Positions 38,289 through 47,170 of a DNA stretch of 64,000 nucleotides are shown here, one piece after another. The notes beneath the pieces are model-generated. The model worked only from the letters and a program-made list of their open reading frames with translations, was not told the DNA's origin and made no database searches. Every line of letters starts with the position of its first letter. The stretch's first letter is position 1. Source of the DNA: an uncultured Clostridia bacterium (GTDB lineage Bacteria; Bacillota; Clostridia; Christensenellales; CAG-138); contig CALVLD010000003.1 of assembly GCA_944336475.1 (NCBI GenBank), forward strand, positions 47,618 through 111,617, in the 5' to 3' direction. The position numbers were made by a program, and so were the translations under genes.

Positions 38289-40907
38289 TCATTTGGTGTC
38301 GAACCAGCTATGCCCCCTTGCAACATCCGCAACGAGCGGCACCGAGAGGCGTGTACGCTTTGCGACTGCGGCGGTATCCTGCGGCTCCCCCTCCACGGTG
38401 GAAGCTATCATGCACTCGTGCAGTATACGGGAGACCTCCTCCGCCTCATCCTCGGGACAGTCGATTATAAGCTCGTCGTGTATCTGCAGCACGAGCTTTG
38501 CACGGAACCCCTTGAGCTTTCGCCACACACGAACCATTGCAAGTTTGATTATGTCAGCCGCACTGCCCTGCACCGGCATGTTCATGGCCACACGCTCGCC
38601 GAACGAACGGGTGTTGTAGTTGCCCGATTTAAGCTCCGGCAGCTCCCTGCGCCTGCCCGTGACGGTGACGGCATAGCCGTGACTCCTGCCGTCCTCGACG
38701 GCATTCTTCATATAGTCACGAACCCCGGTACAGCGTTCCAGATAGCGTGTGATGTACTCCTTGGCACGGTAGCGAGGTATGCCCAACTGTGAGGCAAGCC
38801 CAAACTCGCTTATGCCGTACACTATGCCAAAGTTGACCGCCTTGGCTGCGGAGCGCATCTCTCTGGTGACCTCGTCCCTGGGGACGCCAAACACCTCCGA
38901 AGCAGTGCCCGTGTGGATGTCCGCCCCGGTTGTGAACGCCTCTTTGAAAGTCCTGTCTTGGGAAAGATGGGCAAGCACACGAAGCTCTATCTGGGAATAG
39001 TCCGCACCGACAAGCACATTGCCGTCGCTTGCGACAAACGCACGGCGTATCTCCCTGCCCTGCTCTGTGCGGACGGGTATGTTTTGCAGGTTGGGCTCCG
39101 CAGAGGATATCCTGCCCGTGGCGGTTACGTTCTGGTTGAATGTTGTGTGTATGCGCCCGTCGGGGCCTATCTTGGCTATCATGGCGTCGATGAATGTGGA
39201 CTTCAGCTTGGACAGAAAGCGATATTCGAGTATCACATCTATTATGGGATCAAAGCCGGAGAGCGATTCGAGCACCTCGGCGTCGGTGGAATAGCCCGTT
39301 TTGGTCTTTTTCTGCGGCGGCAGCTTCCTTTCCTCGAACAGTACCACCGAGAGCTGCTTGGGCGAGAGTATGTTAAAGCTATGACCTGCGAGCTCATACG
39401 CCTGTTCCTCCAGCTGCTCCATGCGAACACGCATCGCCTCGCCCTGCGCTTTGAGCACCTCGGCATCGACGGCAAAGCCCGTCTGCTCCATTGAGAACAG
39501 CACCGTGACGAGCGGAAGCTCCACACCGTAGTAGAGCTCCCTCATTCCCTTTTCGGTCAACCTGCCATCGAGCAGGTGATAGAGCTGCATCACCGCCTCG
39601 GCATTCTTCAGCTCCATGCCCATGGATAACGTGAGCGCATCAAGCGTCTTTGCCGGATTGATGGCATTCAGCAGATAATCGGCAACTGTGATGTCAAATG
39701 CGAGCCCATTGAGCTCAACTCCGCACCGTGCAAGCTGGGTCATCAGCTTTTTGGCGTCGAACACTATCTTTTTTATGCTATCATTCCGCAATGCCGGAGC
39801 AAGTGCGGAGTATATCTCCTCCGGCAGCAGCCCCTCTTCCAGAAGATTGCCGCCGGTAAATATCTCGAAGCTGTGCCCCGTATCTGCGACGACCGTGAGC
39901 GTGTCGGCGGCATGGATGGCTATCATCCCGGCGCCGGCTATGGTCTTTGCCGCTGCGTCAAGCTCCGCAGCAGTGCGTACGGGCACCTTATCATAGCTCT
40001 GCGCCGGGGGCTGCGGCTCCTCACCAGGGGGCGTTTCGGCATCTGAGAGCGCCCTTATTCTTGCAATATTGGCACGGAGGCCGTATTTACCCAATGTCCC
40101 CAATCCGCCCGAAAGCCGCTCCTTTGAAAACCTGCAGTCATCAATGCCCATTTCCACGGGTGCGCTGCGGCATATGGCGCCTATCTCATAGCTCATGCGT
40201 GCGGAATCCGCACCCTCGATGAGCTTCCTCTGCAGTGCGCCCTTCTCGTTGGCGGCGTTTGAAAGCACATTCTCAACATTGCCGTACTTGGCGAGGAGGT
40301 TGAGCGCAGTCTTTTCGCCCACTCCCTTTATGCCGGGGATGTTATCCGAACTGTCGCCCATGAGCGCCTTAAGGTCTATCATCTGCGCAGGAGTAAGTCC
40401 GTAGTCCTCCTCAAGTTTTGCCTCGTCATACTCGACCGTTTCGGAGATGCCCTTCCTGGTGAGCATCACATGCGTATCTTTGGAAACGAGCTGAAGCGCA
40501 TCCCTGTCGCCCGTGACTATGAGCGTTTGGATACCCCTCTCCCCTGCCATGCGTGCGAACGTACCGAGTATATCGTCTGCCTCGTAGCGAAAGCACTCGC
40601 ACACTGCTATGCCCAACGCTTCCAATATCTCCTTGAGCGCGGGAAACTGCGGACGCAGATCCTCCGGCGTTTCACGCCTGCCGGCCTTGTACTCGGCATA
40701 TGTGTCATGGCGGAACGTGCCGCCGTGCATATCAAAAGCGACGAGCATATAGTCCGGCTCACGCTCAATGAGCTTGACGAGCATTGCCGTAAACCCGTGG
40801 AGCGCATTGGTGGGCACACCGTCACGGCTGGTCATTGCAGTCTGTATGGCGTAATACGCCCTGTGCATTAGGGAATTGCCGTCTATTGCAATAAATGTCT
40901 TCATCAC
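38289..40907 (-). CDS. polA: DNA polymerase I
   Basis: IDGNSL..RAYYA, GDSSDNIPG, DYSQIELR, AKAVNFGIVYG, QIHDEL. Confidence 0.97.
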   Translation of the reverse strand: MMKTFIAIDGNSLMHRAYYAIQTAMTSRDGVPTNALHGFTAMLVKLIEREPDYMLVAFDMHGGTFRHDTYAEYKAGRRETPEDLRPQFPALKEILEALGIAVCECFRYEADDILGTFARMAGERGIQTLIVTGDRDALQLVSKDTHVMLTRKGISETVEYDEAKLEEDYGLTPAQMIDLKALMGDSSDNIPGIKGVGEKTALNLLAKYGNVENVLSNAANEKGALQRKLIEGADSARMSYEIGAICRSAPVEMGIDDCRFSKERLSGGLGTLGKYGLRANIARIRALSDAETPPGEEPQPPAQSYDKVPVRTAAELDAAAKTIAGAGMIAIHAADTLTVVADTGHSFEIFTGGNLLEEGLLPEEIYSALAPALRNDSIKKIVFDAKKLMTQLARCGVELNGLAFDITVADYLLNAINPAKTLDALTLSMGMELKNAEAVMQLYHLLDGRLTEKGMRELYYGVELPLVTVLFSMEQTGFAVDAEVLKAQGEAMRVRMEQLEEQAYELAGHSFNILSPKQLSVVLFEERKLPPQKKTKTGYSTDAEVLESLSGFDPIIDVILEYRFLSKLKSTFIDAMIAKIGPDGRIHTTFNQNVTATGRISSAEPNLQNIPVRTEQGREIRRAFVASDGNVLVGADYSQIELRVLAHLSQDRTFKEAFTTGADIHTGTASEVFGVPRDEVTREMRSAAKAVNFGIVYGISEFGLASQLGIPRYRAKEYITRYLERCTGVRDYMKNAVEDGRSHGYAVTVTGRRRELPELKSGNYNTRSFGERVAMNMPVQGSAADIIKLAMVRVWRKLKGFRAKLVLQIHDELIIDCPEDEAEEVSRILHECMIASTVEGEPQDTAAVAKRTRLSVPLVADVARGHSWFDTK

Positions 40908-41677
40908 ATCACCCCGAAAAGCTTTATGCTCCCGAATATCCCGATGGCGGTGGTGACCGAGAGCAGCGTGCCCATTATGTAGTATTCCGCAAACGTCTTA
41001 TTGTCAAGCGCGCGGAACCGTGCTATGGATTTTGCCGTGAACACGAGCGCTATTGCAGCATACTGCCCGAGGGAGAGCAGCACGGCGGCCAGCAGACGCT
41101 CCAACGCGCCTATGTATCCGCCTGCTCGCAGCGTGCTGCAGTCAACCGGCGGCCCTGCGGCATTGTCGGCATCGTCGGGCTTTACCGGCTCCAGCAGTTT
41201 TTTTATGAATACGTTTGCAGGCTTTATCACGGCAAGCGCAAGCGCAGCATATGAGAGCATGACGTAGAGATCTATCCCGAACGCCTCCTCCACCCATGCG
41301 GAAAAGCCCGGCTCGGTCACAGTGAGCTCCGATGTCACCACGGCCGATGTCGCTAGCATTATGAGTAGGTGGAGTATCTGATCCACAACAAATGCCGTGC
41401 GGTCGCCCCTTACAGTCAGCACCCCTCTCTTTGCGGAGGTGTTGAGTATTATCTGCTTGACTATGTCTATCACCGCATGGGTTACGGCGCATACCAATAC
41501 CGCCCATGCATAGCCGCCGCCCAGAAGCAGCATTGAGAGCCCAAGCACCGCCGCATATATCGCAGCGTGTATCACCACATAGCCTATGGAACGTGATTTT
41601 CGTACAGCAAGGCACATGGGCTGAAGGTAGTAGTCCCCCAGTATGTGCGAGAGAAACAGCATTGTGAATACCGCCAT
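40904..41677 (-). CDS. DUF3307 membrane protein (SatD partner)
   Basis: H.LGDYYLQ, H..ID, DQ.LH, IGALER, AKSIARF, EYY..GTLLS. Confidence 0.85.
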   Translation of the reverse strand: MAVFTMLFLSHILGDYYLQPMCLAVRKSRSIGYVVIHAAIYAAVLGLSMLLLGGGYAWAVLVCAVTHAVIDIVKQIILNTSAKRGVLTVRGDRTAFVVDQILHLLIMLATSAVVTSELTVTEPGFSAWVEEAFGIDLYVMLSYAALALAVIKPANVFIKKLLEPVKPDDADNAAGPPVDCSTLRAGGYIGALERLLAAVLLSLGQYAAIALVFTAKSIARFRALDNKTFAEYYIMGTLLSVTTAIGIFGSIKLFGVM

Positions 41678-41678
41678 G

Positions 41679-42332
41679 TTAACCCCCGGTAAGTTGTTTT
41701 AGACGCTTTGAAATGTATTTTATGCCTACAGCATACGCCTTGTAGTCCGCAGAGGCAAGCTGTAGGCTCACCGCACCCTGCGTTATGCCGAACATATCGG
41801 CAAGCTCCCTTTGGCGCATACGCTTGCCGCATAGCTCCGAGCCGAGCATGAGCGTGCACATATTGAGCTGTCTGCCGGTCATTGAGCCGGCTATGGAGTT
41901 CGTGAGCAGTGCAACGGTGTTCAGCTCCTCATCCACGGCGTCGCTGCCCGTGCATATGCATAAGCGGCTGCCCGGGTGCTCCTTCATGATGTTCATGGCC
42001 TTCCTTGCATTGTAGAACGCAGGGCCGTCCGCACCCAGTGCCGCACTGCTGTTTATGACTGTGGTTATACTGCCCATGCCTATCGCATACCGTATGGAAA
42101 CGCACCGCACGGAGTTCATGACGGATATGACGGCGGACATGGGGTCGCCCGAGCTGTGCATTAGCCCTTGAAACTCATCCCCCAGCGTTATCACAAAGCC
42201 TGCGGCTATGTCATCAGCCATGCTTGCATTGACCGCTGCGAGACTGTTTGCGAGCTCGTCCTGTGCAGCTCTGCGTAATGAAGGCTCCATGCCCCGCGAG
42301 TTCACCATATCGCCTATCACGGCAAAATACAC
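41679..42332 (-). CDS. SatD family protein
   Basis: IGDMVNSR, TLGDEFQG, DGPAFYNAR, C-terminal HTH QRELA..FGITQ.AVS. Confidence 0.88.
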   Translation of the reverse strand: MYFAVIGDMVNSRGMEPSLRRAAQDELANSLAAVNASMADDIAAGFVITLGDEFQGLMHSSGDPMSAVISVMNSVRCVSIRYAIGMGSITTVINSSAALGADGPAFYNARKAMNIMKEHPGSRLCICTGSDAVDEELNTVALLTNSIAGSMTGRQLNMCTLMLGSELCGKRMRQRELADMFGITQGAVSLQLASADYKAYAVGIKYISKRLKQLTGG

Positions 42333-42434
42333 AAAAAACCTCCCATCAGCTCAAGAATAAGCCTATGATATAATTATACCCTGCGATATTATTATACCAT
42401 ATCCGGAGGCCGATTTCAATATAAATCCAATAAC

Positions 42435-42503
42435 TAATATTTAGTGGATATTAGTATTTTTCTAATATTATGTCGATATTGGTATATGGGTTAATATTTA
42501 GTC
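42435..42503. repeat. AT-rich direct repeats, about 28-bp period
   Basis: TAATATTTAGTGGATATTAGTA (42435), TAATATTATGTCGATATTGGTA (42463), TAATATTTAGTC (42492). Confidence 0.55.
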
Positions 42504-43235
42504 CACGCCTCTCAGCCCGACCTCGCCAAAATACGGTCGCACGGCATCGGCAAAGGCGTGCAGCTCGTTCCCGTCAAACTCCGCCAGGAGGGCAATGGGC
42601 GGTGGGCAGCCGTCCTCCACACTTCGCAGCCGCTTGCATATGAGCATATCCGAATCACGGAATGCCTGTATGAAATAGCGTTTTGCCCCACGGAGCCACT
42701 CGCCTATCGCAATGAATCCGTCACGGGTGATTAGCCCCTTCGCCGCCGTGGTACGAAACTCATAATCCACTCCGCAGCTCATTATATGCCTGACGCTCTC
42801 CTCTATCGGAGCGGCGTCGAACACACGCAGCCCTACGGCGCGGGCATACTCACCCAAGGGAGCCTTTATATCCATTGCGATGTAGTCGACAAGCCCCATG
42901 GCGGTCAGCCGCTTGAGCCTCTCGGGGAAGTATCCGTTGGTATCAAGCTTTATGAGATAGCCGAGGCTGCGTATGTCGGTCATCAGCGCCTCTATATCGG
43001 GGTTAAGGAGCGGTTCTCCTCCCGTTATGCACACGCCGTCAAGTATGCCCTGACGCTTTTTAAGAAAGCGGAAGAGCTCCTCACTTGCTATAAGGGGCTC
43101 GTCCGCAGGGGCAAGCACCAGACCCGCATTCTGGCAGAAGGGGCAGCGGAAATTGCATCCGCCTAAGAATATCGTACACGCCACCTTGCCCGGAAAGTCA
43201 AGCAGCGTGGTCTTTTGAAGTCCGTTTATGAGCAT
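42498..43235 (-). CDS. nrdG: Anaerobic ribonucleotide reductase activating protein (radical SAM)
   Basis: GLQKTTLLDFPG, CNFRCPFC, TGGEP, KLDTNG, YEFRTT. Confidence 0.85.
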   Translation of the reverse strand: MLINGLQKTTLLDFPGKVACTIFLGGCNFRCPFCQNAGLVLAPADEPLIASEELFRFLKKRQGILDGVCITGGEPLLNPDIEALMTDIRSLGYLIKLDTNGYFPERLKRLTAMGLVDYIAMDIKAPLGEYARAVGLRVFDAAPIEESVRHIMSCGVDYEFRTTAAKGLITRDGFIAIGEWLRGAKRYFIQAFRDSDMLICKRLRSVEDGCPPPIALLAEFDGNELHAFADAVRPYFGEVGLRGVD

Positions 43236-43245
43236 ATCCGCTCCG

Positions 43246-44541
43246 TTACGGCTCAATGCCTATTATTGCACCGCCGTACTCGTTGTTGTAGACGGTGTCG
43301 CCCATGCTGTTCCTGTCGCCAAGCGTCAGCTCGCAGGCGTATGTCCTGCCGTTCCGCCAGTATGTGACGGCCAGTGTTTCTCCGACCTCCATACCTTCAA
43401 ACGATGCTCTAAGCTCCTCATGCGTTGCCACTGCAGCGCCGTCCACGGCGGTGATAATGTCATCCGCACGCAGACCTGCAATGTATGCTGGGCCACCGTC
43501 TATTACATAGTGCACAAGCAGCCCCGTCGGCACGGAATATAGCTCCGCACGCTCGGGAGTGACCTCATACACCGAGAGGCCCAGCCCCGGGCTTTGAGCT
43601 TCGCCTGTGTCCATTAGCTCATTCACTATATCCATCACGTCGTTTATGGGGAGTGCAAAGCCCAATCCCTCCGCAATTATTGGATCGCCGTATTCGTCAT
43701 AGCTTGCCACCGTTATCTTTGCCGTAGTGACGCCTATCACAAGGCCGTTCTTATCAAAGAGCGGGCCGCCGCTGTTGCCGGGGTTTATCGCAGCATCGGT
43801 TTGTATGTAGCGATTGACATTGCCGCCCATGTTAACGTACCTGTCCAGACCGCCTACCATACCGTAGGTCGCAGTGAAATTCAGCTCGTCCTGCGAGGGA
43901 TTCCCTATGGCAAACACAAACTCCCCGACATGAACGGCGTCGGAGTTGCCTATCTGCAGCGCTGTGAACTCGATCTTTGTCGGATCCACCTTGAGCACTG
44001 CGACGTCGACGTATCTGTCGCCGCCTACAAGCTCGGCTCTGACCTTTTCCCCGCTGAAAGCCTCAACGGTTATGCTCTTTGCCCCCTCAATCACATGATA
44101 ATTGGTGACGAGATAGCCGCTTGAATCGATAAAGAAGCCCGTGCCGGAGCTTATAAGCCCCATCTCGGATATTATCGTGCCCTCATAGCTGTTGACCACG
44201 GCAACGCCGCCCAACACGCTGTCAATCACGTCGGAAAGGTTTGGAGCGGGGGTCGGTGTAGGCGTTGGCGCAGGTGTGGGTGTGGGTGTAGGCGTGGGCA
44301 AAGGCGTGACCGTCGGAACCGCAGTGGGTTCGTGGGTTGTCTGCGCCGTGCTCAGCCTGTGCTCAACGTGCAGGCAGAGCACGATACCGCCGGTCACAAG
44401 CGCACCGACGATGAGGAACACCACCGCCGTAAGCACTATTATGCCTGCGGTGGGAACATGTTTGTGTACTATCTGCCCTTTGTCATTCATTTTGGGCGTC
44501 CCCCTCTCCTCCCCCATATGGGTCTTATCGGTTTTTTGCAT
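43246..44541 (-). CDS. htrA: HtrA/DegP-like serine protease with PDZ domain
   Basis: TM, PT linker, VTNYHVI, DVAVLK, TDAAINPGNSGGPL, PDZ. Confidence 0.9.
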   Translation of the reverse strand: MQKTDKTHMGEERGTPKMNDKGQIVHKHVPTAGIIVLTAVVFLIVGALVTGGIVLCLHVEHRLSTAQTTHEPTAVPTVTPLPTPTPTPTPAPTPTPTPAPNLSDVIDSVLGGVAVVNSYEGTIISEMGLISSGTGFFIDSSGYLVTNYHVIEGAKSITVEAFSGEKVRAELVGGDRYVDVAVLKVDPTKIEFTALQIGNSDAVHVGEFVFAIGNPSQDELNFTATYGMVGGLDRYVNMGGNVNRYIQTDAAINPGNSGGPLFDKNGLVIGVTTAKITVASYDEYGDPIIAEGLGFALPINDVMDIVNELMDTGEAQSPGLGLSVYEVTPERAELYSVPTGLLVHYVIDGGPAYIAGLRADDIITAVDGAAVATHEELRASFEGMEVGETLAVTYWRNGRTYACELTLGDRNSMGDTVYNNEYGGAIIGIEP

Positions 44542-46000
44542 TGCTATCCCTCCCTATAGGCCGCATGCCCCGTTTAAGCGTGAATGTGAATTTTGTACCT
44601 TCCGACGAAGATTCGGCGGTTATCTGCCCACCGTGCTGATCGATTATCAGCTTTGCTATTGAAAGGCCGAGCCCGGTGCCCGATATGCCGTCCGGCGTGT
44701 GCGCCTTCTCAGCTTTGTAGAAGCGTTCAAACACATGGGGCAGATCCTCCTGCGGTATGCCTACGCCGCTGTCCGCCACAGAAACGGCTATGCCGTGCCT
44801 GTCGATACTGCAGGTGAGCGTTATACGCCCGTTGTCTGGGGTATACTTTATGGCGTTATCGACAAGGTTGTGCAGCACCTGCGATATTCTGTCGGGGTCG
44901 CCCTCGGCATATATCCTGCCGTTGGGGATGTTTACTGTCACGTTCATATTCTTTGCCACTATGCGCGCCTCGAACGTAATTATCACCCTTCGCATAAGCT
45001 CGCCGATATCGAACGTGACCACGTTCAGCTTGTACTGACCCGACTCTATCCTTGCCAGATCAAGCAGATCATTCACCATGGCCGTCATCCTGCGGTTCTC
45101 ATCGAGCACTATCGAGAGGTATGAACCCCACTCCTCCTGTGGTATAGTGCCGTCCTCCATTGCCTCGAGGAAGCCCCGCATGGATGTGAGCGGAGAACGC
45201 AGCTCGTGCGAGACGTTTGCGACGAAGGAGCGCCTTGCCGCCTCAAGTGTATTCAACTCGTTTGCCATTGAGTTGAAGCTCCTGCCGAGCTCGGCAAGCT
45301 CATCGTTGCCCTTTATATTTACACGCCGCAAAAAATCTCCCTTGGAATAGCAGCGCACGACATCCGTCATGTGCGTTATGGGGTTTGTGATATTCCGCGC
45401 AAGCAGCATCGACATCGGCACGGAGACCACAAGGCCGCCGAGCAGGGTCAAAAATGTCGCAAGGAAGACGTCGGCTATCGAATTGTTTACACCCGTCATG
45501 TCGTAGTGGAAGAACAGCACGCCTATCTGTGTACCGTTCGGCTCGACTATGGGGCGAATGGCGGTCATGGTATCGCTGCCTACATAGCTCAGCAGTATGT
45601 TGTGCTCGATGCTGTTATAGTCGCCCCGGCGGACGTCCTCAATGTAGAGGGACATATCCGCACCCTCTGCCACCGTCCATCGTTCACCCGTCTCCGCATC
45701 CGCAAAGAAGCGTGCGCCGAGCTCCTCATCGTCAAAGAAGAGCTGTATATAGGCGTCGTAATGCCGCGCTATTACGAGCAGCTCGTCCCTTGCGGTGCGC
45801 CGTTTGGCATCATCTATGTACTTTGTTACGGCTATCTCGTTTATGTCATCCGCCTCACGCAGAAGGCTCTGACGAGTATCTCTCAGATACAGCGAGCGGA
45901 AGCCCAGCGCCACAGCAATGCCGAGCGCAAGCAGCAGCACCGCCGTGATCAGCAGGTACCATGCAATCAGCTTGGCATATACGGTGTGGATTACCTTCAA
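44525..46000 (-). CDS. Sensor histidine kinase (HAMP-HisKA-HATPase)
   Basis: Two TM, HAMP, SHELRSPLT, NAIKY, D.G.GI, GTGLGL. Confidence 0.93.
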   Translation of the reverse strand: MKVIHTVYAKLIAWYLLITAVLLLALGIAVALGFRSLYLRDTRQSLLREADDINEIAVTKYIDDAKRRTARDELLVIARHYDAYIQLFFDDEELGARFFADAETGERWTVAEGADMSLYIEDVRRGDYNSIEHNILLSYVGSDTMTAIRPIVEPNGTQIGVLFFHYDMTGVNNSIADVFLATFLTLLGGLVVSVPMSMLLARNITNPITHMTDVVRCYSKGDFLRRVNIKGNDELAELGRSFNSMANELNTLEAARRSFVANVSHELRSPLTSMRGFLEAMEDGTIPQEEWGSYLSIVLDENRRMTAMVNDLLDLARIESGQYKLNVVTFDIGELMRRVIITFEARIVAKNMNVTVNIPNGRIYAEGDPDRISQVLHNLVDNAIKYTPDNGRITLTCSIDRHGIAVSVADSGVGIPQEDLPHVFERFYKAEKAHTPDGISGTGLGLSIAKLIIDQHGGQITAESSSEGTKFTFTLKRGMRPIGRDSNAKNR

Positions 46001-46019
46001 AGCTCCACCTCTTGTCCAA

Positions 46020-46706
46020 TCAATCGAGCCTGTCGAATTTGTACCCCACTCGCCATATGGTGCTTATGGCCCAATGGGGGCTCTCGCCCAATCTGTCCCT
46101 CAGGCGTTTTATATGCACATCCACTGTGCGGCTGTCACCGAAGAAGCCGAAGCCCCACACGCTGTCAAGAAGCTGCTCCCTTGTGAACACCTTGCCGGCA
46201 TGGGTGGCAAGGAAGTAGAGCAGTTCTATCTCCTTGGGCGGCATTTCGACCTTTTTGCCCTTGTTTATCACAAGGTAGTTCTCAAGCGATATTTCCAGAT
46301 CGCCCACGACGACGGTCTTAGCCTCCTCCGGCTGCATAGAGGAGCGGCGCAGCACCGCCTTTATCCTTGCAACGAGCTCCTTTGACTCGAAAGGCTTAAC
46401 TATGTAATCATCCGCGCCGCAGTCCAGCCCCTGCACCCTGTCGCTTATGTCGCCCTTGGCGGTGAGCATTATCACGGGGACATCGCTCTGTTTGCGGATG
46501 AGCTTGAGTATGTCCCAGCCGTCAAGCCCGGGGAGCATGACATCGAGCAGCACAAGATCGGGCGAGGAGCTGTTGAACGCCTCAAGTGCGGCATCGCCTC
46601 GCTCGCACAGCACGGCCTCATAGCCCTCTTTATTGAGATAGAGCTGCAGTATTTGAAGTATTCGCTTATCGTCATCGACGACAAGGATGGTGGTTTTCTT
46701 TTCCAT
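46020..46706 (-). CDS. OmpR-family response regulator
   Basis: LVVDDD, LLDVMLP, DYIVKPF, RTVDVHIKRLR. Confidence 0.95.
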   Translation of the reverse strand: MEKKTTILVVDDDKRILQILQLYLNKEGYEAVLCERGDAALEAFNSSSPDLVLLDVMLPGLDGWDILKLIRKQSDVPVIMLTAKGDISDRVQGLDCGADDYIVKPFESKELVARIKAVLRRSSMQPEEAKTVVVGDLEISLENYLVINKGKKVEMPPKEIELLYFLATHAGKVFTREQLLDSVWGFGFFGDSRTVDVHIKRLRDRLGESPHWAISTIWRVGYKFDRLD

Positions 46707-46718
46707 ACGGTTCCCCTT

Positions 46719-47126
46719 TCAGTGCGATTCGACCGTAATGCCGTTTGCCTTGAAGAGTGACGCCGTGACGCCGTCCCCCTTGCAGAGCTTGCCCGTGAAG
46801 GAGCCGTCATAGACCATGCCGCATCCGCAGGAAGGGCTGTGCGCCTTGAGCACCGCATGTGTGGCGCCGACAGACTTGGCTATCCGCAGGGCCTCCATCG
46901 CACCCCTGACGAAGTTTTCGGTAACATCCCTGCCGTCACGGGACATCACACGCCCATCGGGGGCTATCTCGGAGGGCTCCCTTGGTATGGGCAGACCGCC
47001 GAGCTGCTCCGGGCACACGGCTACCGCCTTGCCCTCCCTAACCAGCCGGGCTATCTCCTCATCGGGCTTTGAGCCGCCGTCATAGCGACAGCATGCGCCG
47101 GTAAAGCATTTCGATACAATTATCAT
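46719..47126 (-). CDS. DUF523 (2-thiouracil desulfurase-like) protein
   Basis: VS.C..G..CRYDG, CPEQLGGL, LK..SPSCG. Confidence 0.9.
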   Translation of the reverse strand: MIIVSKCFTGACCRYDGGSKPDEEIARLVREGKAVAVCPEQLGGLPIPREPSEIAPDGRVMSRDGRDVTENFVRGAMEALRIAKSVGATHAVLKAHSPSCGCGMVYDGSFTGKLCKGDGVTASLFKANGITVESH

Positions 47127-47170
47127 GATACACCACCAAATATGAATTTTCTGTAAACAATCGCCCTGCG

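Noticed and set aside
44245-44300. Short tandem repeats (GGTGT/GGCGT)
   Set aside because: They encode the Pro-Thr linker of HtrA; ordinary low complexity.
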